NCBI GenBank assembly: GCA_964407355.1
Contig: CAYOVM010000003.1
Coordinates: forward strand, 1-40,777
From: an uncultured Enterobacteriaceae bacterium
Lineage (GTDB): Bacteria > Pseudomonadota > Gammaproteobacteria > Burkholderiales > SG8-39
DNA: 40,777 nt
Direction of reading: 5' to 3'
Position numbers and translations under genes: made by a program. The first letter of the stretch is position 1; each line of letters begins with the position of its first letter. Below the pieces are notes generated by a model, which was given only the letters and a program-made list of their open reading frames with translations, ran no database searches and had not been told where the DNA came from. Positions 1 through 8,161 of this stretch are shown here, one piece after another.

Positions 1-821
1 TCATCGCCACCGAGCTCGGCCTGCCCTCCGAGGAGATCCAGATCGAGGAAGGCGACACGGACAAGGCGCCCTACGGCGCCGGCACCTGGGGCTCGCGCTC
101 GACTCCGGTCGGCGGCGCCGCCGCGGCAATGGCCGCCCGCAAGATCAAAGCCAAGGCGCAGAAGATCGCGGCCCACCTGCTCGAGGTGGGCGAAGGCGAT
201 CTGGAATGGGAAGTGGACCGTTTCAAGGTCAAGGGCAATCCGTCCCAGGCGAAGACCATGAAGGAGATCGCCATGGCGGCGCACACCAGCAACCTGCCCG
301 AAGGCATGGAGAAAGGCCTGGACGCGACGGAATACTACGATCCGCCCAACCTGACCTATCCTTTCGGCGCTTACGTGGCCGTCGTGGACATCGACCGCTT
401 CACGGGCGAGACCAAGGTGCGGCGCTTCTACGCCCTGGACGATTGCGGCACGCGGATCAACCCGATGATCATCGAAGGCCAGATCCACGGCGGCCTCACG
501 GAAGCCTTTGCCGTGGCCTTCGGCCAGGCGATCCCGTTCGACGAGAACGGCAACCATCTGGGCAACAGCCTGATGGATTATTTCCTGCCGACGATGGTGG
601 AAACGCCGCGCTGGGAGACCGACCACACCGTCACGCCTTCGCCGCACCATCCGATCGGCGCCAAGGGCGTGGCGGAGTCGCCCCACGTCGGCGGCATCCC
701 CTGCTTCACCAATGCGGTGGTGGATGCCTTCGCGCACCTCGGCGTCACGCACATGGACATGCCGCACACCGCGTACCGCGTGTGGCAGCAATGCAAGGCG
801 CTGGGGATCAACAAAAGGTAG
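1..821 (+). CDS. coxL: Molybdopterin-binding large subunit of an aerobic CO dehydrogenase / xanthine dehydrogenase-family hydroxylase; C-terminal fragment, 5' end outside the window
   Basis: Frame 3 is open from the window edge (IATELGLPSEEIQIEEGDTDKAPYGAGTWGSRSTPVGG...). It shows C-terminal aldehyde-oxidase/XDH domain motifs (YALDDCGTRINPMIIEGQIHGG, HHPIGAKGVAESP). coxG/D/E/F-type genes follow directly. The active-site loop that separates form I from form II lies outside the window. Confidence 0.85.
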   Translation, partial: IATELGLPSEEIQIEEGDTDKAPYGAGTWGSRSTPVGGAAAAMAARKIKAKAQKIAAHLLEVGEGDLEWEVDRFKVKGNPSQAKTMKEIAMAAHTSNLPEGMEKGLDATEYYDPPNLTYPFGAYVAVVDIDRFTGETKVRRFYALDDCGTRINPMIIEGQIHGGLTEAFAVAFGQAIPFDENGNHLGNSLMDYFLPTMVETPRWETDHTVTPSPHHPIGAKGVAESPHVGGIPCFTNAVVDAFAHLGVTHMDMPHTAYRVWQQCKALGINKR

Positions 822-830
822 GACGCGGGC

Positions 831-1454
831 ATGAAGGTCCAGATCGACAAGAGCTATCCCATGCCGAGCTCGCCGCAGGTGGCATGGGAATTCCTGCAGA
901 ACCTCGAGGCGGTCGCCGGCTGCATGCCCGGGGCGAAGATCACCGAGCGCCTCGACGGCGGCCGCTACAAAGGAACGGTCACGGTCAAGGTCGGCCCGGC
1001 GACGATGTCCTTCCGCGGCGAGATCGAGATGAAGGACGTCGACGCGGCCGCCCGGACGCTGCGGCTGCTCGGCAAGGGCACCGACAGCACCGGCAGCTCG
1101 GGCGCTTCCCTCGAGCTGACCGCGCGGGTCGAGGCTGCCGACGGCGGCCTGTGCACGCTGGTGGGCGCGAGCGAAGTATCGATGAGCGGCAAAGCGGCCG
1201 CCTTCGGCGGGCGCATGATGAACACGGTCGCCGACCAGATCCTGAAGCAGTTCGCCGACAACTTCGCCCGCCATGTCGGCGCGCTCCAGGCGCAACGCGC
1301 CGCGGCGGCCGGAGGCGCCGCGGCGGTCGGCGGCACGGCGGCGCCCGCGGCGTCGATCCCTCCCCCCGCGGCCGGGGAGCTGAACGGCCTCGCGCTTGTC
1401 TGGATCATTCTGAAGGATTGGCTGCGCGGCCTGTTTTCCAAGAAACCGGTGTGA
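831..1454 (+). CDS. coxG: CoxG-like SRPBCC-family carbon monoxide dehydrogenase subunit G
   Basis: 207-aa ORF starting 9 nt after the coxL stop. The N-terminal ~140 aa resemble CoxG (MKVQIDKSYPMP..VAWEFLQNLE..CMPGA). An Ala/Gly/Pro-rich linker and a hydrophobic C-terminal helix (LNGLALVWIILKDWLRGLF) follow. Confidence 0.8.
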   Translation: MKVQIDKSYPMPSSPQVAWEFLQNLEAVAGCMPGAKITERLDGGRYKGTVTVKVGPATMSFRGEIEMKDVDAAARTLRLLGKGTDSTGSSGASLELTARVEAADGGLCTLVGASEVSMSGKAAAFGGRMMNTVADQILKQFADNFARHVGALQAQRAAAAGGAAAVGGTAAPAASIPPPAAGELNGLALVWIILKDWLRGLFSKKPV

Positions 1455-2350
1455 ATTCTCCCGCGCAGCGCGTGCACGAGGTCGCGGCTCTGCAGTCCCG
1501 ATTGGAAAGCGCCGGCTATATCGCCGAGCCCGCGCTCGCGGCGGCCCTGCTGCTGATGCTGGATCTGGGCCGTCCCTTGCTGCTGGAAGGCGATGCCGGA
1601 GTCGGCAAGACCGAGATCGCCAAGGCGCTCGCCGCGGTGCGCGGCGCGAGGCTCATTCGCCTGCAGTGCTACGAAGGGCTCGACGTGCACGCCGCGATGT
1701 ACGAATGGAACTACCAGCGCCAATTGCTGGCGATCAAGCTGCTCGAGCACGACGAGCGCCCGGCCGCGGTCAAGGAGCAGGACATCTTCTCCGAGCGCTA
1801 TCTGCTGAAGCGGCCGCTGCTCGAGGCGATCAGCTGCGCCGAGCCGCCGGTGCTGCTGATCGACGAGGTCGATCGCGCCGACGAAGCCTTCGAAGCCTAT
1901 CTGCTCGAGCTGCTCTCGGACTTCCAGATATCGATCCCGGAGCTCGGCACCGTGCGCGCGGTCACGCGGCCGCTGGTCGTCATCACCTCGAACGGCACGC
2001 GCGAAATCTCCGACGCGCTGCGCCGGCGCTGCCTGTACCAGTACATCGACTATCCCGACTTCGCGAAGGAGCTGGCGATCGTCGAGATCAAGGCGCCCCA
2101 GGCGGCGGGACACCTCGCCCGCCAGGTGGTCGAGTTCGTGCAGAGCGTGCGCCGCATGGAGCTGCAGAAAAAGCCGGGCATCGCCGAGACGCTCGACTGG
2201 ACGGCGGCGCTGCTGCGCATGGGAATTTCCACCCTCGACGACGGCGGCGCCGAGCGCATCCTCGAAACCCTGAGCGCCCTCATCAAGACTCGCGAGGACC
2301 GCACCGGATTCACCCGGGAGGTCGTCGCCCGGATCGCCGCGGCATGTTGA
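1451..2350 (+). CDS. coxD: MoxR/CoxD-type AAA+ ATPase
   Basis: GTG 1451 overlaps the coxG stop (GTGA). Walker A is EGDAGVGKT and Walker B is VLLIDEVDRA. The ~299-aa length is typical of CoxD/MoxR. The upstream part of track ORF 206..2350 is an off-frame artefact. Confidence 0.85.
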   Translation: MNSPAQRVHEVAALQSRLESAGYIAEPALAAALLLMLDLGRPLLLEGDAGVGKTEIAKALAAVRGARLIRLQCYEGLDVHAAMYEWNYQRQLLAIKLLEHDERPAAVKEQDIFSERYLLKRPLLEAISCAEPPVLLIDEVDRADEAFEAYLLELLSDFQISIPELGTVRAVTRPLVVITSNGTREISDALRRRCLYQYIDYPDFAKELAIVEIKAPQAAGHLARQVVEFVQSVRRMELQKKPGIAETLDWTAALLRMGISTLDDGGAERILETLSALIKTREDRTGFTREVVARIAAAC

Positions 2351-3486
2351 GCGCCGAGCTCAGCACGCGCCTGACGGGCTTCGCCGGGTTCCTGCGCTTC
2401 AACGGCTACGGCGTAGGCGGCGCCGATTCGGTCCAGGTGCTCGAAACCGCCGTCCGCACCGGAATTCTCGAGCCGCAGATCCTGCGCTGGAGCCTGAAGG
2501 CGCTGCTTTGCAGCCGTGGCGACGAATGGCGGCGCTTCGATTCTCTTTTCGACGCCTACTTCCTGCCGCCGAACAAGAAAATATTCGTGGAGAGCAACGT
2601 CGTAGCCGCCGGAGCGCGGCAGGCGGGAATGAGCGGCGGCGGCGAAGACGAGCCGGCCGCCGGCGCGGGCCACGGGGTCGCCGGCGACACCGACGCGGGC
2701 GCCGCCCGGCACGGGGCGAGCCGCGAGGAATCTCTGGCGTCCACGGATTTTCGCGATTTGAACCAGGCCGAGCACGCGCGCGAGATCGAGGCGCTGATGC
2801 GCCGCTTCGCGAGGCGCCTGAAGCACCTCCGTCTGCGCCGCGAAGCGCGCTTTCATCACGGCCGGCGGCTCGACCTGCAGGGCACCATACGGCGCAGCGT
2901 AGCCTGCGGCGGCACGCCGCTGCGGCTCGCGTGGAAGGAGCGCCGCCGCGTGCGCCCCCGCCTGGTGCTGCTCCTCGACGTGAGCCGCTCGATGAGCCTG
3001 TACAGCTTTTTCTACCTGCGCCTTGCCCGGGCGCTGTGCGCGGAGCTGGCCGACGTGCATTGCTTCATTTTCCATACCCGCATCACCGGCGTCTCGGAGG
3101 CGCTGCGCGATCCGGACCCGTGGCGCTCGCAGGAACGCATGCACCTCCTTGCCGAAGGATGGGGCGGCGGCACGCGCATCGGCGAATGCCTGCGGGATTT
3201 CAATCGGGACTACGGCGCGCGCCTGCTGCATTCGCGCACCGGCGTGATCGTCGTCAGCGACGGCTACGACACCGGCGAGCCGGAGCTTCTGGCGCAGTCG
3301 CTCGCCGCGCTGCGGCGGCGCTCGCGGCGCATGGTCTGGCTCAACCCCTTGCTGAATCAACCCGGCTTCAGCCCCGAGAGCCGCGGGATGCAGGCGGCCC
3401 TGCCGCACCTCGATCTGCTCGCGCCGGGCGCGGACCTTGCGAGCCTCGAGCGCGTAGTGCCGCAGATCATCGAGGCATTGCGATGA
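2344..3486 (+). CDS. coxE: VWA domain-containing CoxE-like protein
   Basis: ATG 2344 overlaps the coxD end by 7 nt. There is a MIDAS-type DxSxS motif (LLLDVSRSMS) and a C-terminal VWA fold. The position after the MoxR ATPase matches coxD-coxE pairs. Confidence 0.8.
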   Translation: MLSAELSTRLTGFAGFLRFNGYGVGGADSVQVLETAVRTGILEPQILRWSLKALLCSRGDEWRRFDSLFDAYFLPPNKKIFVESNVVAAGARQAGMSGGGEDEPAAGAGHGVAGDTDAGAARHGASREESLASTDFRDLNQAEHAREIEALMRRFARRLKHLRLRREARFHHGRRLDLQGTIRRSVACGGTPLRLAWKERRRVRPRLVLLLDVSRSMSLYSFFYLRLARALCAELADVHCFIFHTRITGVSEALRDPDPWRSQERMHLLAEGWGGGTRIGECLRDFNRDYGARLLHSRTGVIVVSDGYDTGEPELLAQSLAALRRRSRRMVWLNPLLNQPGFSPESRGMQAALPHLDLLAPGADLASLERVVPQIIEALR

Positions 3487-4430
3487 CGCGCGACGAGCTT
3501 TCGGAAAAGGCGCGCGAGCTGAGCGGGCGCGGCGAGGCCTACGCGCTCGTCACGGTGGTCCGGGTGGTCGCGCCCTCCTCCGCCTACCTCGGCGCGCAGG
3601 CGATCGTGCGCGCCGACGGAACGCTGCATGGCTGGATCGGCGGCGGCTGCGCGAAGGGCGTGGTCGTCAGCGCCGCGCAGAGCGCCATCGAGCGCGGCGA
3701 GCCGAAGCTCGTGCGTATCAGCAACGACCGCATCTATCCCGAGGAGGATGTCGAGCAGTACGCGATGTCCTGCGCCAGCAACGGCACCATCGAGCTGTTC
3801 ATCCAGCCTTACAGCGCTCGCAGCCTGCTATGCGTGCTCGGGAGCACGCCCGCCGCCGACGAAGCGCGCTTCCTTGCGGAGCGCCTCAGCATCAGGCTCG
3901 CCGCGGCGCCGGGTGAAGCGCCCGTCGTCCTGGTCGCGACGCAGGGGCAAGGCGACGAGGAAGCGCTCGAGGCCGCGTTGCGCAGCCCGGCGAAGCAGGT
4001 GCTGATGATCGCGAGCCCGCGAAAAGCGGAGAAGCTCCGCGCCGCGATGCGGCTGCGCGGCGTCGACGAAGCGCAGCTCGCGCGCCTGCACGCGCCGGCC
4101 GGCCCGGATGCCGGCGCCAAGACGCCGGCCGAGATCGCGCTGGTCGCGATCGTCGGGGTGCTGGCGCTGTTGCGCGGCCGTGATAAGGCCACCGCGGGGG
4201 CTCAGCCGACGGTCCAGCCGAAGGCCGCCGCCGGCACGGCGCCGGCGGAAGGCAAATTCATCAACCCCGTGTGCGGGATGGCCGTGAGCACCGCCGACCC
4301 GGTGCACGTCGAGAAGTACGAAGGCGTGTCTTACTACTTCTGCTGCGACGGCTGCTGGACGACATTCCGGACCAACCCCGCCAAGTACGCGGCGATCCAC
4401 CTCGCCTCCCTGAGCCGGAGGCCGGCTTGA
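3483..4430 (+). CDS. XdhC/CoxF(CoxI)-family maturation factor with a C-terminal YHS (TRASH-like) metal-binding domain
   Basis: ATG 3483 overlaps the coxE stop (ATGA). The N-terminal XdhC_CoxI region is ALVTVVRVVAPSSAYLGAQAIV..GWIGGGC. A Rossmann-like middle region is followed by an Ala/Pro linker. The tail FINPVCGMAVSTADPVHVEKYEGVSYYFCCDGCWTTFRTNPAKYA (nt ~4251-4400) resembles a YHS domain. Confidence 0.75.
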   Translation: MTRDELSEKARELSGRGEAYALVTVVRVVAPSSAYLGAQAIVRADGTLHGWIGGGCAKGVVVSAAQSAIERGEPKLVRISNDRIYPEEDVEQYAMSCASNGTIELFIQPYSARSLLCVLGSTPAADEARFLAERLSIRLAAAPGEAPVVLVATQGQGDEEALEAALRSPAKQVLMIASPRKAEKLRAAMRLRGVDEAQLARLHAPAGPDAGAKTPAEIALVAIVGVLALLRGRDKATAGAQPTVQPKAAAGTAPAEGKFINPVCGMAVSTADPVHVEKYEGVSYYFCCDGCWTTFRTNPAKYAAIHLASLSRRPA

Positions 4431-4483
4431 GAAGCGCCGCGGTGCCGCATCCGCCGCGGGTCGGCCCGACCGCGCCGCAGACG

Positions 4484-5032
4484 ATGTTGCTGCTCGGAGC
4501 CTTGGGCATGGTCCTCGGGCTGATGGTCGATTCCCATTCGACGCAGCTGCAGTCGCTTGCGGGCCTCTGCGCCGCCGCAGACCGCAATCTCTGGTCCCTC
4601 GTGCAATTGCACTGGACGTTGCTGCCCTGGACGCACGCCGGCATGTGGCTCGGCGGCCTTATGGCAATACCTCTTCTGCGCGCGAGCCGGCCCACCTGCC
4701 GCAGGCAATACTGCGTGCGCGTCGCCCAGAACTTCGCGTGCTCGGCATGGATGACCGTCGGGATGTCGGCCGGGGTGCTTCTGTCCGAATACCTCGGCGC
4801 GCACGGTCCCGCCTCGATGCTCGGCGGCATGTTCGGCGGCATGGTCTGGGGAATGGCGGCGAGCGTTGCGCTCTATCGGCTGTGCTCGCGGATGCGTCAG
4901 GGCCGCTTCGAGGCTCCATCGGCGCGGCGCACGACGAGCAGCAGAAAAGCGGCCGACAGCAGCCAGGCGGCTTGCGGCACCCAGGGCAGCACGGCTTTCA
5001 CTCCCGGCTCGACGACCAGATCGCTCGCATAA
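4484..5032 (+). CDS. Hypothetical integral membrane protein (about 4 TM, Met/His/Cys/Trp-rich)
   Basis: ORF in the frame of track entry 4271..5032. Hydrophobic segments begin at MLLLGALGMVLGLMV (ATG 4484; an alternative TTG 4427 overlaps the upstream stop). I recognise no family. The last ~45 codons are low-complexity and overlap the convergent MFS gene. Confidence 0.45.
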   Translation: MLLLGALGMVLGLMVDSHSTQLQSLAGLCAAADRNLWSLVQLHWTLLPWTHAGMWLGGLMAIPLLRASRPTCRRQYCVRVAQNFACSAWMTVGMSAGVLLSEYLGAHGPASMLGGMFGGMVWGMAASVALYRLCSRMRQGRFEAPSARRTTSSRKAADSSQAACGTQGSTAFTPGSTTRSLA

Positions 5033-6099
5033 GCCGCGATCCGCGCGACGGCGGCGAGCGCAAGCACGGCGAACAGCGTGCCCAGCATCCTGCCCTCGCG
5101 CCCGGTTCGGCCGAAGCCGATGGCGGCGGTGTAAGCGGCGACGCTCGCGGCGCCCCAGAAGCCGCCGGCGACGAACTGCGCGACGGCGAGGCTCTGCAGG
5201 TCCCGCGCAAGCACGCTGCAGAGAATCGCCGCCGCGCCCAGTGCCGCCGTGCCGGCGAGCATCTTCAAGGGCCCCAGGCGCTTCACCAGGACGGAGGCCG
5301 GAAACATCAGGACGTTGAACCCGATCCAGAAGACCGGCATGAGATACGGCAGGCGCTCCGGCGTCGCGAACGCGAGGTAGCGCGGCGCCGAGTTCAGCGC
5401 GAAGTGCACCTGGAAGCCCGCCGCCATCAGGAGCAGCGCGACGAAGAAGAGCGCGATGCTCCCGGCGTTCGCGTCCCCGGTGTTTTTTTCGGAAAGATTT
5501 TCAGTCGAAGGGCCTTGCGGGGAAACCCGTCGCTCCGCATAGACGAGGCCCGCGACGGTCGCGAGCAGCGTGACGGTCGAGACGACAAAAGGCAGGCGCG
5601 GGTCCACGCCCTTCAGGGCGAGCCCGAGGTACGGCGCGAAGGCCGCAGCGAGCGCGCTGCCGGTGAGAACCAGCGCGGAAAGCAGCGGCACGCTCGGGGC
5701 GGCAGCGTGCCGCGCGAGCAATGCCCAGGGCGGAGAGCGCAACGCCGACGAGGTCATCGACCAGATGAGGATGGCGACAAGAAGAAGGCCGGCGTTGCCT
5801 GAGGAAAAAGGCAGCGCAAGGAAGGCAACGCTGGAGACCACCGTGAAGCCCAGGATCCAGCCGCCGAAGCGGGCGAACCCGCGGCGCAGGCGGTCGATCC
5901 AGAACCCCGTGACGACGTCCGTGGCGGCGAAGATCACCTGGTCCGCGACCAGGATCCACGGCACCCATTGCGCGCCGATGCCCGCTTGGGCGGCGAGCTG
6001 CGGCAGGTAGATCACATACAGGGTCCAGGTCGTCGCGAAGAAGAACTGGACGACCCCGAGATAGACCGCGAGCGTGCCATTTTTGTCTTGGGCCGGCAT
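4897..6099 (-). CDS. MFS transporter
   Basis: 400-aa ORF with about 12 hydrophobic helices. The two halves are separated by a hydrophilic loop (PQGPSTENLSEKNTGDANAGS). Composition is typical of MFS transporters. Confidence 0.75.
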   Translation of the reverse strand: MPAQDKNGTLAVYLGVVQFFFATTWTLYVIYLPQLAAQAGIGAQWVPWILVADQVIFAATDVVTGFWIDRLRRGFARFGGWILGFTVVSSVAFLALPFSSGNAGLLLVAILIWSMTSSALRSPPWALLARHAAAPSVPLLSALVLTGSALAAAFAPYLGLALKGVDPRLPFVVSTVTLLATVAGLVYAERRVSPQGPSTENLSEKNTGDANAGSIALFFVALLLMAAGFQVHFALNSAPRYLAFATPERLPYLMPVFWIGFNVLMFPASVLVKRLGPLKMLAGTAALGAAAILCSVLARDLQSLAVAQFVAGGFWGAASVAAYTAAIGFGRTGREGRMLGTLFAVLALAAVARIAAYASDLVVEPGVKAVLPWVPQAAWLLSAAFLLLVVRRADGASKRP

Positions 6100-6156
6100 C
6101 GATGCCGCTTATATTAATCGGATGATCGAATAGCGCTGACGCCCGTTCCCGGCTGG

Positions 6157-6162
6157 TAGAAT
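6157..6162 (+). promoter_or_regulatory. Extended -10 element (TGgTAGAAT) 11 nt upstream of the yciB ATG
   Basis: TAGAAT at 6157-6162 is preceded by TGG (6154-6156). There is no Shine-Dalgarno sequence between it and ATG 6174. Confidence 0.35.
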
Positions 6163-6173
6163 TGCCCTCTTGA

Positions 6174-6704
6174 ATGAAGGTTCTTTTCGATCTCCTTCCC
6201 GTCGGGTCGTTCTTAGTTGCCCTCCTCCTCTGGGACATCTTCGTAGCCACGGCCGTCGCCATCGCGGTGACCGTGGGGCAGATCTCGTGGCTCGCCATCA
6301 ACAGGAAGAAGATCCACGGCACGCTGTGGATCAGCGCCGCGTGCGTGCTGGTGTTCGGCAGCCTGACGCTCATCCTGCAGGACAAGACCTTCATCCAGTG
6401 GAAGCCGACCGTGGTGTACTGGCTGTTCGGGGCGGTGCTCGGGATCGCGCCGCTGCTCGGCAAGAACCTGATCAAGACCATGATGTCGGAGCAGATGCAG
6501 CTTCCGGAGAAAACCTGGAGCCGGGTGAACTGGAGCTGGGTGGCGTTCTTCGGCTTCATGGGCGTGGCCAACCTGTACGTGGCGTACAACTTCTCCGAGA
6601 AGACCTGGGGATTCTTCAAGGCCTTCGGCGGAATCGGCCTGATGATCGTGTTCGCCGTGGTCCAGTCGTTCTTCCTCTCGAAGCACATGGAAGAGAAGCA
6701 GTAG
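6174..6704 (+). CDS. yciB: Intracellular septation protein A (YciB/IspZ family inner-membrane protein)
   Basis: 176 aa. The N-terminus MKVLFDLLPV..F and the FIQWKPTVVYWLFG motif are characteristic of YciB. It has five TM segments. Confidence 0.85.
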   Translation: MKVLFDLLPVGSFLVALLLWDIFVATAVAIAVTVGQISWLAINRKKIHGTLWISAACVLVFGSLTLILQDKTFIQWKPTVVYWLFGAVLGIAPLLGKNLIKTMMSEQMQLPEKTWSRVNWSWVAFFGFMGVANLYVAYNFSEKTWGFFKAFGGIGLMIVFAVVQSFFLSKHMEEKQ

Positions 6705-6709
6705 CCGCC

Positions 6710-6988
6710 ATGAACGTCGCCGCCAGGATTCGCGAGCAGCTCGCGGCCCTCGAGCCGCTCAGCCTGGACCTCGTAGACGAGAGCGCGAAGCACGCGGGCC
6801 ACGCCGGCGCCGCGCCGGGCGGGCAGACGCACTGGCGCCTGTCGATCGTGTCGCCGCGCTTCGAGGGCCAGCCGACGGTGGCGCGCCACCGCATGGTCTA
6901 CGAGGCGCTCGGCAGCCTCATGCAGCATCCGATTCACGCGCTCGCCATCTCGGCGCGCAGTCCCGGAGAACTGAAAGGAAAACAATGA
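6710..6988 (+). CDS. BolA family protein
   Basis: 92-aa ORF starting 5 nt after the yciB stop, with BolA-like motifs (LVDESAKHAGHAG, HRMVYEAL, IHALAI). The yciB-bolA-PPIase order is common in betaproteobacteria. Confidence 0.8.
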   Translation: MNVAARIREQLAALEPLSLDLVDESAKHAGHAGAAPGGQTHWRLSIVSPRFEGQPTVARHRMVYEALGSLMQHPIHALAISARSPGELKGKQ

Positions 6989-7851
6989 ACCGTCCGATGA
7001 TCGCGGCCGCGGCCCTGATCGCCTGCGCATTCCTCGCATCGCCCGGCGCGCAGGCGCAGGACGCGGCCAAGAGTCCGCCCAAGGACGCCGCGAAAGGCGC
7101 CGCCAAGGGCGCCCCGAAACCCGCCGCCAAGGGCGGCGAGGCCATCGCCCGGGTGAACGGCGTGCCGATCCCGAAATCGCGCCTGGACGCCATGGTGCTG
7201 CAGCAGCAGGCCCGCGGCACTCCGGACAGCGAGCAGACCCGCGCGTTGGTCCGCGACGAGCTCGTCAACCGCGAGATCGTCGCGCAGGAAGCGGTGAAAG
7301 CGGGCCTCGCGAAGAACGCCGAAGTGCAGGCGCAGATCGACTCGGCGCGCCAGGAGATCCTGGTGGGCGCCTACGTGCGCGACTGGCTGCGCAAGCACCC
7401 GATCAGCGACGCCGAGATCCAGCAGGAGTACGACCGCGCCAAGGGGCAGACCGGCGACCAGGAATACAAGGCGCGCCACATCCTCGTCGAGACCGAGGAC
7501 CAGGCGAAAGCCATGATCGCGGACCTCAAGAAAGGCGCGAAATTCGACGAGCTCGCCGCCAAGAACTCCAAGGACACCGGCACCAAGGACCGCGGCGGCG
7601 ACCTCGACTGGAACGTGCCCGGAGTGTTCGACAAGCAGTTCTCCGATGCGATGGTTAAGCTCGAGAAGGGCAAGTACACCGAGACGCCGGTGCGGACCCG
7701 CTTCGGCTTCCACGTGATCCAGCTCGACGACGTGCGCTCGGTGAAGTTCCCGGCGCTCGCCGATGTGAAGCCGAGAATCCAGCAGCAGCTGGTCCAGGGC
7801 AAGATCGAGGAGCTGGTACGGGGGCTGAGAGCGAAAGCGAAGATAGAGTAA
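6985..7851 (+). CDS. Periplasmic parvulin-type peptidyl-prolyl cis-trans isomerase (PpiC/SurA-like)
   Basis: ATG 6985 overlaps the bolA stop (ATGA). There is a signal peptide (..FLASPGAQAQ), then a Lys/Ala-rich stretch, then a rotamase domain (YKARHILVETEDQAKAM..GGDLDW..FGFHVIQLDD). Confidence 0.85.
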   Translation: MNRPMIAAAALIACAFLASPGAQAQDAAKSPPKDAAKGAAKGAPKPAAKGGEAIARVNGVPIPKSRLDAMVLQQQARGTPDSEQTRALVRDELVNREIVAQEAVKAGLAKNAEVQAQIDSARQEILVGAYVRDWLRKHPISDAEIQQEYDRAKGQTGDQEYKARHILVETEDQAKAMIADLKKGAKFDELAAKNSKDTGTKDRGGDLDWNVPGVFDKQFSDAMVKLEKGKYTETPVRTRFGFHVIQLDDVRSVKFPALADVKPRIQQQLVQGKIEELVRGLRAKAKIE

Positions 7852-7898
7852 GTAGCGGCTCAGAAAGGGAGAATCCGCGTCCAAACAGAGGAGTCTCC

Positions 7899-8084
7899 AT
7901 GGCCAGGTACGGCAAGAAAGCGCAGCAGAAGGTGAAGCGGGCAATGCACGAGCGCAAGCGCGGCACGCTGAAAAGCGGCCGCTCGGGCAAGAAGGTGAAG
8001 AGCCGCAAGCAGGCGATCGCGATCGGCCTGTCGGAAGCGCGCCGCGCGGGCGCCAAAGTGCCGCGCAAGAGAAAAAAGAAATAA
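7899..8084 (+). CDS. Small basic protein, DUF6496-like
   Basis: 61-aa ORF with SD AGAGGAG 6 nt upstream. The sequence KKAQQKVKRAMHERKRGTLKSGRSGKKVKSRKQAIAIGLSEARRAG resembles the conserved small basic family I recall as DUF6496. It ends AGA AAA AAG AAA TAA. Confidence 0.65.
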   Translation: MARYGKKAQQKVKRAMHERKRGTLKSGRSGKKVKSRKQAIAIGLSEARRAGAKVPRKRKKK

Positions 8085-8161
8085 ACAAGGTCCTCGCCGA
8101 AGCTCGGACGGCCGCGGGCGGCCTGTTCCAGGTCGTTCAGGGCAACCTGCTCGAGGAGCCC

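Noticed and set aside
206-1450. N-terminal 415 codons of the 714-aa track ORF 206..2350.
   Set aside because: The Arg/Gly/Pro-rich translation overlaps the well-supported coxL and coxG frames. Only the part from GTG 1451 (MoxR ATPase) looks like real protein.
965-3408. Long minus-strand ORFs 965..2113 and 2050..3408, antisense to coxG/D/E.
   Set aside because: They have low-complexity Arg/Ala/Gly composition and no motifs. This is the usual antisense open frame of high-GC coding DNA, and the plus-strand genes have clear family signatures.
5461-5500. T7 run preceded by short GC stems (cccggtgtttttttcgg) that looks like a plus-strand intrinsic terminator.
   Set aside because: It lies inside the MFS coding sequence, in the central loop (EKNTGDANAG on the minus strand). 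The stem is only about 4 bp, and it sits more than 400 nt past the nearest plus-strand stop.
5501-8088. Minus-strand ORFs 5501..7039 (512 aa) and 6934..8088 (384 aa).
   Set aside because: They span the MFS/yciB/bolA/PPIase genes on the opposite strand or in another frame. They have shadow-ORF composition and no recognisable domains.
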